Assembly (NCBI GenBank): GCA_043800555.1
Contig: JAZDMX010000002.1
Coordinates: 668-64,667, forward strand
Length of the DNA: 64,000 nucleotides
Source: Candidatus Omnitrophota bacterium
GTDB taxonomy: Bacteria; Omnitrophota; Gorgyraeia; Gygaellales; Profunditerraquicolaceae
Reading direction: 5' to 3'
This document shows positions 56,064 to 64,000 of the stretch, in pieces. The notes beneath the pieces are model-generated. The model saw only the letters and a program-made list of their open reading frames with translations. It was not told the DNA's origin and did no database searches. Position 1 is the stretch's first letter. Every line of letters begins with the position of its first letter. Position numbers and translations under genes: made by a program.

Positions 56064-57942
56064 CTTTGACAGCCTCCCCTAATTTAGGCCCTTCTGCCTT
56101 AGGCGCCTCTGTTGCTTGCGCTTCTGGTTTTTTCTTCAAAACAATAAGCTCAACCGAATAAGGGCTTAAAGAAAGTTCTTCCTGGTAAGAATCTTGGGCG
56201 GTAATTTCTTTTTCAATAACCGGCTTAAATTCGCAATTCAGGCTGCAGGATGAATCTACCCTAAACAAGCTATAGGAGTAATTTCCCTTAATGTTCTTTA
56301 AATTAAGCTTAAAAACCCGTTTGGCGGTTTTTGCCTCCTCGGCCCTGTCGTAAAGCTCCTTGGCATTCTTCAGTAAACTCTTGACTCTACCGGTGGTAGA
56401 TAAAGCGCCTATTTCCTCGTGTTGCGAAATAATCGTGGAGATCCGGCCAGAGCGGATAATGCCGAGCAGGAATCTACTTTCCTCCGCGTTAAGCCCGGCG
56501 ATATTCTGGGCGATTAACCCCCGCACTATTTCCGGGTCAATGTAATTATAGACCAATATAGCGATTTTTTCCTCCGACTTTGTGGCAATCGCTCCCACAA
56601 ATTCATCGTTAAGCTTAACCGGAAACATATTTTTCTCCAAGCCCTTAAGCATCTTGAAAACATTGTAACTGGCCTTTTGCCCTATGGAATGCCGGGCAGA
56701 GGAATAAAATACTCCCGTGTTCCTGGTCACCCCCTCCTTATTCCCCTGAAAATCCTCCAGGCAAAAATAGAGTTGATTATCCAGTCCCGCTTCGTACATA
56801 TTTTTTATGCGCGCCGGAATATAGCTGGCTGAAATATAAGATTTCTCTTTGCGTTCAGGTATAAGGTTTGCGTGGCGGTCATAGTTCCATTCATCCACGA
56901 TCAAAAAAGTATTTTTGTCAAAGTTAAAATATGTCAGCCAGTCCCGCACAAGGCTGGCGGCGTCTTTCTCATATATGGTATTTTCTTTTTCTGTTTTAGG
57001 GTCGGTAGAAAAACCATGCCAGGTAATAAAATCAAGGCGCAGGCGGTTTTGGTAACAAAATTTAATCAGCGCGTAGATTAAACTCTTTTCCGGGGTTAAA
57101 ACGGTATTGCCCCCCAGGTTATGGAACCAGGAGCTTACCCCGGGAGCGCCGACCGGAATATGAATTTTATACTCGGCCTCCAACTCCTTTACGCTCTCGC
57201 TGGCCAAACGGTATAGATTAAGATAATCCGCCTCTCTGCCCAGGAAGAACCCTTCCAAGTCCGGGGCATTCCAGAGTTCATACCAAATATTATACTTTTT
57301 ATCACAGCTTAAATCTTTGATTACGCTTTTTACCAAATTTTTATAAGCTGCTGAATTTAACGGTCCGCTGTTTTTATCCAAAACCTTCCCCATGCCCGCG
57401 GGCATGCCGCATAAATCCAGGATAACCGTCCCTCCGGAATCGCTTATATTCTTGATGATGGCGTCGTAGGCGGCTAGCATTTTATCTTTGGCTGCCGGAT
57501 CCTTCTCAAGCTGGGTGATCTCCCAAAGGTTAAACTGAATACGGTAGAATCCGTTAAAACCGATATCTTTTTGCCAGGCGCCCAGGGCTTCTTTTGAGGC
57601 CAGGCTTTGCGGCCAGGCATTGTCGGGATTAAAGCCCCTGCCGCTTAAATCAAGGTTGGGTTTAAATATTCCGGGGGTAGGCAGGGTATTGGAATTTATA
57701 TCTATGGTTAATTCGAGATCGTTTGCCGTTTGAGCAAAGGCCAAAGAACAAATGCCCGCATTCAAAATCCATAATAACGCTAAAACGCAAATACCGGACC
57801 TGGTTACCGTTGGCCCGGAGGCCGGCCAAGCGCGGCAAAAAAGCCAAAGCCTAAAAACCCGCAGGCAGCTGGGCCGGTTTACGGGGCTTGCGGCGGCGGC
57901 TCCCCGCAACAACGCTTCAGTTTTGGGCTGGGGGTTATTCAT
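56041..57942 (-). CDS. Secreted GH39-like (clan GH-A) protein
   Basis: WYELWNAPD, LDFITWHG, VDEWN; true start uncertain. Confidence 0.7.
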   Translation of the reverse strand: MNNPQPKTEALLRGAAAASPVNRPSCLRVFRLWLFCRAWPASGPTVTRSGICVLALLWILNAGICSLAFAQTANDLELTIDINSNTLPTPGIFKPNLDLSGRGFNPDNAWPQSLASKEALGAWQKDIGFNGFYRIQFNLWEITQLEKDPAAKDKMLAAYDAIIKNISDSGGTVILDLCGMPAGMGKVLDKNSGPLNSAAYKNLVKSVIKDLSCDKKYNIWYELWNAPDLEGFFLGREADYLNLYRLASESVKELEAEYKIHIPVGAPGVSSWFHNLGGNTVLTPEKSLIYALIKFCYQNRLRLDFITWHGFSTDPKTEKENTIYEKDAASLVRDWLTYFNFDKNTFLIVDEWNYDRHANLIPERKEKSYISASYIPARIKNMYEAGLDNQLYFCLEDFQGNKEGVTRNTGVFYSSARHSIGQKASYNVFKMLKGLEKNMFPVKLNDEFVGAIATKSEEKIAILVYNYIDPEIVRGLIAQNIAGLNAEESRFLLGIIRSGRISTIISQHEEIGALSTTGRVKSLLKNAKELYDRAEEAKTAKRVFKLNLKNIKGNYSYSLFRVDSSCSLNCEFKPVIEKEITAQDSYQEELSLSPYSVELIVLKKKPEAQATEAPKAEGPKLGEAVKDANSAGK

Positions 57943-57944
57943 CT

Positions 57945-58730
57945 TTATTCCTGCAGCTTCCTTTTTATCCTCTCGATAGACCTTGCCCTGCCGGTTTCTC
58001 CGTCAATATCTAAAACCGCGCCGCACAACTGGACATCGCCTTCAGCTACTTCAAATCTCACCGGTATGCCCGTAATAAACCTCTCCAGGACATTCTCCGC
58101 TTTTCTTCCGATAACCGAATCATACGGGCCGCACATGCCCGCATCGGTCAAATAAGCCGTCCCTTGCGGCAATACTCTTTCATCCGCGGTCTGGATATGG
58201 GTATGCGTGCCTAAAACTGCCGAGACTTTGCCATCCAGATACCAGCCTAAAGCCACTTTCTCGGAGGTAGCTTCAGCGTGAACATCCACTATAATTATTT
58301 TTGTTTCTGGAAAGAGTTCATTCCGGGCGTTAAGCGCTGCCTTAAACGGGCAATCCAACGCCTCCATAAAAACCCGGCCATTAACATTAATTACTCCGAT
58401 TTTATCGCCTGTTTTAGACCTGAATACCCCGCTCCCCTTGCCGGGAGAAGACGCGGGAAAATTTACCGGCCGCAGGATCCTTTTTTCGCGGCTTATCAAC
58501 TCAAATATTGCGCTCTTTTTCCAAATATGGTCGCCCGAAGTAATAACGTCAACCCCGGAGGCGAATAATTCATCCGCTACCTTAGGGACAATCCCGGAAC
58601 CGCCGGAAGCATTCTCGGCATTGGCAATAACAAAATCCAGGGAATATTCTTCCTTTAGTCCCGGTATAAGCTTATTAACCGCCCTTCTTCCGGGGCTGCC
58701 GACTATATCGCCGATAAACAGGATTTTCAT
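57945..58730 (-). CDS. ymdB: YmdB-family metallophosphoesterase
   Basis: GDIVG, NAEN, HAEATSEK, GTHTH; downstream of rny. Confidence 0.93.
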   Translation of the reverse strand: MKILFIGDIVGSPGRRAVNKLIPGLKEEYSLDFVIANAENASGGSGIVPKVADELFASGVDVITSGDHIWKKSAIFELISREKRILRPVNFPASSPGKGSGVFRSKTGDKIGVINVNGRVFMEALDCPFKAALNARNELFPETKIIIVDVHAEATSEKVALGWYLDGKVSAVLGTHTHIQTADERVLPQGTAYLTDAGMCGPYDSVIGRKAENVLERFITGIPVRFEVAEGDVQLCGAVLDIDGETGRARSIERIKRKLQE

Positions 58731-58756
58731 ATTTTTACGGGCCTATAGGCTAGCGC

Positions 58757-60313
58757 CTATTTTGCGTACTCTATCGCCCTTGTCTCCCTTATTACCGTAA
58801 CCTTGATCTGCCCGGGGTATTCCATCCCTTCCTCTATCTTTTTGCGGATGTCTCTTGCCATATTAGTCGCTTCGGCATCGGATACTTTCTCCGGCTGGAC
58901 AATCACCCGGATCTCCCGGCCTGCCTGTATGGCAAAGGATTTTTCTACTCCTTTAAACAGGTTGGCAATCGACTCTAATTTCTCCAGCCGCTTAACGTAA
59001 GTTTCCAGGGTTTCCCTGCGCGCGCCCGGACGGGCTGCGCTGATGGCATCGGCTGCTATGGCCAACACCGCGTAAATGCTCTGCGGAGCAGACTCCTCAT
59101 GATGGGCTTCAATCGCCGCGACGACTTCCGGAGACTCCCCGTATTTCCTGGCCAGTTCCGCTCCAAGTTTGGCGTGCGTGCCTTCAACCTGATGGTCAAC
59201 TGCCTTGCCTATATCATGCAAGAGCCCGATCCGGCGGGACAGTTTAAAATCCAAGCCCAGTTCCGAAGCCATAGACCCCAACAAAAACGCCGCTTCTTTA
59301 GAGTGCTGCAGGGCGTTCTGGCCGAAACTCGTCCGGTATCTCAAGCGGCCGAGCAATTTAATTATCTCCGGATGCAAACCATTCACCCCGGCCTCAAACG
59401 CCGCGCGCTCTCCTTCCTCGCGGATCTTCTCGTCCATCTCCTTCTTGGTCTTTTCAACGATTTCTTCGATTCTTCCCGGGTGTATCCTGCCGTCGGCAAG
59501 CAGCTTTTCCAGGCTCAAACGGGCAATTTCACGGCGCACAGCGTCAAAAGCGGAAATCGTAACTGCTTCCGGGGTATCGTCAATGATTACATCCACCCCC
59601 GTGGCCATCTCCAAAGCGCGGATATTCCTTCCTTCGCGGCCTATAACACGGCCTTTCATTTCATCGTTAGGTAAAGTTACAACGCTCACCGTAGATTCCA
59701 CCGTATGCTCGGCGGCGCATTTCTGTATAGCAAGGCTCAAAATCTCCCTGGCTTTTTTGTTGGAGGCGCTGCGGATTTCTTCTTCCTGTTTCTTAATCAA
59801 AACCGCCTTTTCATTGTTTAGTTCTTCGTTCATCCGGCTAAGCAAAATCTGTTTTGCTTCCTCTGCCGAAAGCGTCGAAATCTTCTGCAACCTTTCTTTT
59901 TCTTCGGCAATCAAAGAATGCAGCTGGGAATCTTTGGCTTTAATCGCTTCTTCCTGCTTTCTGATATTATCATGCTTTGCTTCAAGCTCTTTTTCCTTCT
60001 TCTCCAAGAGATCGAGCCTTCGGTCGATGTTCTCTTCTTTCTGCGAAAGCCTTTTCTCCATATTGGAGATTTCCTGGCGCCTGTCTTTTGTCTCGCGTTC
60101 AAAATCCTGGCGTATACGGTATAATAAATCTTTTGCTTCCAGCTCCACTTCACGGCGCTTGTCCTGGGCCTCTTTTTTGGCCTGCTCCAGGATATGCTGC
60201 GCCTTGGCTTCGGCATCCTGTATTTTCTTTTCAGCCACCTGCTTCCGGAAAACGTAACCTGCCAAAACAGAAACGCAAGCAACTGCTAAAGATATGAATA
60301 TAGTTAATAACAT
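58757..60313 (-). CDS. rny: Ribonuclease Y
   Basis: TM, coiled coil, KH (GRVIGREGRN), HD (LLHDIGK), AARPGAR. Confidence 0.97.
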   Translation of the reverse strand: MLLTIFISLAVACVSVLAGYVFRKQVAEKKIQDAEAKAQHILEQAKKEAQDKRREVELEAKDLLYRIRQDFERETKDRRQEISNMEKRLSQKEENIDRRLDLLEKKEKELEAKHDNIRKQEEAIKAKDSQLHSLIAEEKERLQKISTLSAEEAKQILLSRMNEELNNEKAVLIKKQEEEIRSASNKKAREILSLAIQKCAAEHTVESTVSVVTLPNDEMKGRVIGREGRNIRALEMATGVDVIIDDTPEAVTISAFDAVRREIARLSLEKLLADGRIHPGRIEEIVEKTKKEMDEKIREEGERAAFEAGVNGLHPEIIKLLGRLRYRTSFGQNALQHSKEAAFLLGSMASELGLDFKLSRRIGLLHDIGKAVDHQVEGTHAKLGAELARKYGESPEVVAAIEAHHEESAPQSIYAVLAIAADAISAARPGARRETLETYVKRLEKLESIANLFKGVEKSFAIQAGREIRVIVQPEKVSDAEATNMARDIRKKIEEGMEYPGQIKVTVIRETRAIEYAK

Positions 60314-60439
60314 AGGGTTCTCCTCCTGTAAGATTATCCCATATATTTTTCAAGAGCTACCGCACAAGTTGGCTAAAGCGGGATTAATCTGCGCAGCCTT
60401 ATCTTTTTTAATCTGTGTAACCGGATTTAGAAACTGTTT

Positions 60440-61000
60440 TTAGGCGAAGAGCACTTTTTTGACGCTTACATCGTGGGAGACAGTAGGAACAGCGGGCAAG
60501 ATTTGCAGTTGGAATGCCAAACCAATAGAAGGAGTATCCTTGGGTAGCTTGCTTAGGAAGCGGTCATAATAACCTTTGCCCCGGCCCAGCCGGTTGCCTT
60601 TTTTATCAAAGGCGACTCCCGGGATAATTACCAAATCCAGGTCTTTGGGCTTAATAAACCTGCTTATGACAGGCTCCGCTACCCCATAAGGTCCTTTTCT
60701 TAAGTGGGCATGGCTATCTAATATAGCCGGCCTTAAGGACGTTCTATTTTCCACGCAAACTGGCACGGCAATAATCTTGCCTAATCTTTTCGCTGATTCT
60801 ATCATTTCTCTTGTTTCCACTTCGCCTTTTATCGCGATGTAAAACATAACTTTTTTCGCTTTTCTAAAAACCTTCTGCCTTAAAAGCCTGTTCTTGATTA
60901 ACCGGCTCCTCCTTTTACGCTCACCCTCCTCCTGATTTTTGAGCTTAAGTAAAATTCTACTACGCAATTCCTGCTTTGTCAACCCCGCGGTTCTACCCAT
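60440..61000 (-). CDS. 5-formyltetrahydrofolate cyclo-ligase
   Basis: KQELR, PGVAFD...RLGRGKGYYDRF, HD. Confidence 0.93.
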   Translation of the reverse strand: MGRTAGLTKQELRSRILLKLKNQEEGERKRRSRLIKNRLLRQKVFRKAKKVMFYIAIKGEVETREMIESAKRLGKIIAVPVCVENRTSLRPAILDSHAHLRKGPYGVAEPVISRFIKPKDLDLVIIPGVAFDKKGNRLGRGKGYYDRFLSKLPKDTPSIGLAFQLQILPAVPTVSHDVSVKKVLFA

Positions 61001-61001
61001 C

Positions 61002-61439
61002 CTACAAACAGGCCTCTCCCTCATGTTTATGCTCCTTGGAATCAAAAGGGACGGGCTTGCCCTGCCGGGTATAATAATCTTTTAACGCTGAACGCAAGGC
61101 CTCTTCCGCCAGGACCGAACAATGCATCTTAATCGCCGGCAGTCCTCCCAATGCTTCAACAACCGCCTTATTGGTAATCTTCAACGCTTCGGAGATTGGC
61201 TTACCTTTGACCATCTCCGTAACTATGGAACTGGTGGCAACCGCAGCTCCGCAGCCAAATGTCTTAAATTTTACGTCCACGATTATGTCGTTTTCTATTT
61301 TAAGGAACATCTTCATTACGTCGCCGCAGATAGGATTCCCGACGGTGCCGATGCCGCTGGCATCGGGGATCTCTCCGACGTTGCGCGGATTTTTAAAGTG
61401 GTCCATCACTTTTTCGCCATAAGGCGGTTGTTCTGCCAT
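61002..61439 (-). CDS. iscU: Fe-S cluster scaffold IscU/NifU
   Basis: HFKNPRN, CGD, FGCG, KMHCS. Confidence 0.94.
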   Translation of the reverse strand: MAEQPPYGEKVMDHFKNPRNVGEIPDASGIGTVGNPICGDVMKMFLKIENDIIVDVKFKTFGCGAAVATSSIVTEMVKGKPISEALKITNKAVVEALGGLPAIKMHCSVLAEEALRSALKDYYTRQGKPVPFDSKEHKHEGEACL

Positions 61440-61440
61440 T

Positions 61441-62094
61441 TTATTTACGCATTGCTAATTTATGAGGCTTAACTGATTTCTGAAAATCTTTAGGCCCCCG
61501 GATTTCTTTTAATGTCTCCAGCCTTTTGCGCTTCTCTAATTCTTTATAGATCAAAATCCAGGCACAGTCTTTATCTTTATCTACTTCGCATTTTCCTTTA
61601 TTCATACCGCCGCAAGGCCCGTTAAGCAGGCCTTTGGCGCAAAGCGTAACCGGGCAAATTCCGCCGGTCAGATGCAAAACGCACTCTGCGCACAAAGAAC
61701 ATTTCTCGTAGAAATCCCCTTTGGCGTCAACTACCGCGCCAAAAATAGTATCGCAGGCGGGAAAAACCGCTAAGCCCAGCCTGTCGTTATCCTTAAAAGA
61801 CTGCGCCCCCAATCCGCAGGATAAAACCAAAACCGCTTCGGACTGGCGTAAAAAAAGCGTATTCTTGGCTAATTCGGCCTTAAGCTTAGCTGCCACGCAA
61901 GGGGCAGAAGGTATGCAATAGCCTGTGATTATCTTGCCTGCGGCCTCCAAATCCTTTTTCATTTTGAGGATTTCCGGCTCGCCCCCGGTCTTGCAAGTAG
62001 TGGCGCATTCGCCGCAACCCACTAAGAAAATCTTAGAATAGCCTTTTAAGCTATCTATAATGCCCTGAAGAGGTTTTAGCTCTGTTATGATCAT
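61441..62094 (-). CDS. Methylenetetrahydrofolate reductase C-terminal-domain protein (MetV-like)
   Basis: GCGECATTC, CSLCAEC, CPVTLCAKGLLNGPCGG, CAW. Confidence 0.85.
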   Translation of the reverse strand: MIITELKPLQGIIDSLKGYSKIFLVGCGECATTCKTGGEPEILKMKKDLEAAGKIITGYCIPSAPCVAAKLKAELAKNTLFLRQSEAVLVLSCGLGAQSFKDNDRLGLAVFPACDTIFGAVVDAKGDFYEKCSLCAECVLHLTGGICPVTLCAKGLLNGPCGGMNKGKCEVDKDKDCAWILIYKELEKRKRLETLKEIRGPKDFQKSVKPHKLAMRK

Positions 62095-62146
62095 ATAAAA
62101 ATTTTACCACTATTTAAAGGCCGGGGCAAGGAAAATATGGGCGGGG

Positions 62147-64000
62147 CTAATACTCTTCTTTGTCGCGAAAATACTCTCGCATCATTCTTAAGAATTCTTT
62201 ATCTGTCGCGCTTTCTTTGCCGGCATCCCCTTGGAATTCATCGCAACCTGCGTCAAATTCATTCCCTGTATCTTCAATCTGGAGAAGCTTATCCATCCCG
62301 GCTTCATCCAGAAAACGCGAAACCTGCGTAAGTACCGGGCCGCCTCCATCCAGGAAACTTCTGGGGTTCCGGTCAACATGCGGTTTAAGCAAAAACAATT
62401 TTTCCTTCGCCCGGGTTGAAGCAACATAAAAAAGCCGGCGCTCTTCTTCAATCCCTTCTTCATCCTCCAGGGAGCGATAAGAAGGCAGATGGCCTTCGGC
62501 AACATAAATCAGAAAAACCGTGTGCCACTCCAGGCCTTTAGCCGAATGAATCGTGGAGAGCGTAAGAGCGGGGTCATCTTTATCTTTTGACCCTGCCTCG
62601 GCAAGAGAACGCTCCGGAGGCTCCAAAGCCATATCGGTCAAAAATTGCTCCAGCGACTTGTAGCGCGAGGCAATCCGCAGAAGCGAATCCAAATCATTAA
62701 TCCTCTTATGAAAATCATCATATTTATTTTTAAGCAAAGGCTGATAATACTCCAAGAATGCCCCGATTATCTTGGCTGGGCCTTGTTTAGCGGAATCAAT
62801 ATCCTTCAAAATGCCAAAAAGCTTATTCACCTCTTCCTTATTCTTCCCGGGAGCCGCTTGAGGCGCGCCTTTATCCAGGACAAACGCATTAATTATTTTC
62901 TCCGCGCTCCTGGGCCCTATGCCGGGTATTAAAAGCAGGGCGCGCAACCAGCTTACCTGATCGGCGCAGTTATAGACGATGCGCAAATAAGAGATTACGT
63001 CTTTAATGTGCGCTGCCTCGACAAATTTCTGGCCGCCGTATTTTACGAAAGGAATGTTGCGGCTGGCTAATTCCACCTCCAGGTCATTAGAGTGCCAGCC
63101 CGAGCGGAACAAAACCGCCATATCCTTTAATTCGACCCCCTCTTCCCTTAGCTCCAGGACCTTCTTGGCGATATAACGGGATTGGGCGTTTTCATCCTCA
63201 GCGTCGACAAAAATCGGCTGCTGATCCCCCTTCTTCCTGGTGTAAAGATTCTTCTCAAACTTCTCTTTCGCTCCCCTGATTACTTCATTAGTCAGGTTCA
63301 GGATTGGCTGGGTCGAACGGTAATTCTCCTCGAGGGTTATAATTTCGGTATCTTTAAATAGCCGGGGGAAATCCATGATATTCCTGAAGTTCGCGCCTCT
63401 AAAAGAGTAAATGCTCTGGGCGTCATCTCCGACAACCATAATATTCTTATGCTCTGAGGCCAGTAAACAGGCAATAAAGGCCTGCAGTTTATTGGTGTCC
63501 TGGTATTCATCAACCATAATGTATTTGTATTGCCGGGAAAGCGAAACCCGCGCTTCTTCGTGGTCGGTTAAAAGTTTCTTCAGGTAAACCAAAAGGTCGT
63601 CATAGTCTAAAAGCGATTTTTCAACTTTGTATTTGTGGTATGCGGCCCTGATCTTTTTAATCTCTTCGCTGAATTCCAAGAATTGCGGATACTCCTCATA
63701 CAGGATATCTTCTAACTTCTCGGATTTATTGACGCTTTTAGAGATTACTTCCAGGATGGCCCTTTTGCGGGGAAAACGTTTTTCGCTCTTATTAAAACCC
63801 AGCTGGGTGCGGATGAGATTGATTGTATCTGCGGCGTCAGATTCATCGAGAATGGAAAAATTATTGGATAAGCCCAAAACCTTCGCGTATCTTCTAAGGA
63901 TGGCGTTGGCAAATGAATGGAATGTGCCTCCGCTGACCCTTGAACAACGTTCATCCAAGAGTAAACTCGCCCGGCGCAGCATCTCTTCGCTGGCCCTGCG
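62147..64000 (-). CDS. UvrD/PcrA-family ATP-dependent helicase (5' end outside window)
   Basis: TFHS, VDEYQD, VGDDAQSIYSFRGA, NYRS, TIHSAKGLEW, EERRLFYVA. Confidence 0.95.
   Translation of the reverse strand, partial: RRASEEMLRRASLLLDERCSRVSGGTFHSFANAILRRYAKVLGLSNNFSILDESDAADTINLIRTQLGFNKSEKRFPRKRAILEVISKSVNKSEKLEDILYEEYPQFLEFSEEIKKIRAAYHKYKVEKSLLDYDDLLVYLKKLLTDHEEARVSLSRQYKYIMVDEYQDTNKLQAFIACLLASEHKNIMVVGDDAQSIYSFRGANFRNIMDFPRLFKDTEIITLEENYRSTQPILNLTNEVIRGAKEKFEKNLYTRKKGDQQPIFVDAEDENAQSRYIAKKVLELREEGVELKDMAVLFRSGWHSNDLEVELASRNIPFVKYGGQKFVEAAHIKDVISYLRIVYNCADQVSWLRALLLIPGIGPRSAEKIINAFVLDKGAPQAAPGKNKEEVNKLFGILKDIDSAKQGPAKIIGAFLEYYQPLLKNKYDDFHKRINDLDSLLRIASRYKSLEQFLTDMALEPPERSLAEAGSKDKDDPALTLSTIHSAKGLEWHTVFLIYVAEGHLPSYRSLEDEEGIEEERRLFYVASTRAKEKLFLLKPHVDRNPRSFLDGGGPVLTQVSRFLDEAGMDKLLQIEDTGNEFDAGCDEFQGDAGKESATDKEFLRMMREYFRDKEEY

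Noticed and set aside
60314-61001. 6S RNA or zapA expected near the cyclo-ligase and rny
   Set aside because: iscU abuts the cyclo-ligase gene, and the 126-bp gap before rny is too short, showing only a modest hairpin.

Overview
Bacterial chromosomal window, most likely Candidatus Omnitrophota/OP3-like (inferred from gene content, not from a marker gene), and almost entirely minus-strand. The dominant feature is missing from the ORF track because it runs off the left edge. It is one uninterrupted giant ORF (ATG 18701 to <1, at least 6,233 aa). I read its architecture as signal peptide, C39 cysteine peptidase, an in-cis double-glycine-type cleavage motif, Gly/Ala-rich membrane segments, a beta-rich region, a second glycine-zipper region, a divergent SecA-like DExH ATPase, an HExxH zincin, and 'SSP'-delimited cargo modules (one ART-like). 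A sigma70 promoter and a c-di-GMP-I riboswitch with an overlapping terminator precede it. It lies just downstream of a large Tad pilus locus with 10 Flp/TadE-type pilins plus TadG, a CpaE-CpaF fusion, a secretin-TonB_C fusion and a degenerate HTH-DDE protein. A FIST/histidine kinase/REC-GGDEF operon is transcribed divergently. The window also holds a ~65-bp palindromic repeat family (7 full copies; repeat sequence is apparently translated in two genes), three tRNAs, peptidoglycan hydrolases, an AT-rich island at tRNA-Gln with an MNT-HEPN pair, and housekeeping genes (gltX, 2-oxoacid:ferredoxin oxidoreductase, dxs, xseAB, ymdB, rny, iscU, UvrD). All domain calls come from manual translation and motif recognition; no searches were run.
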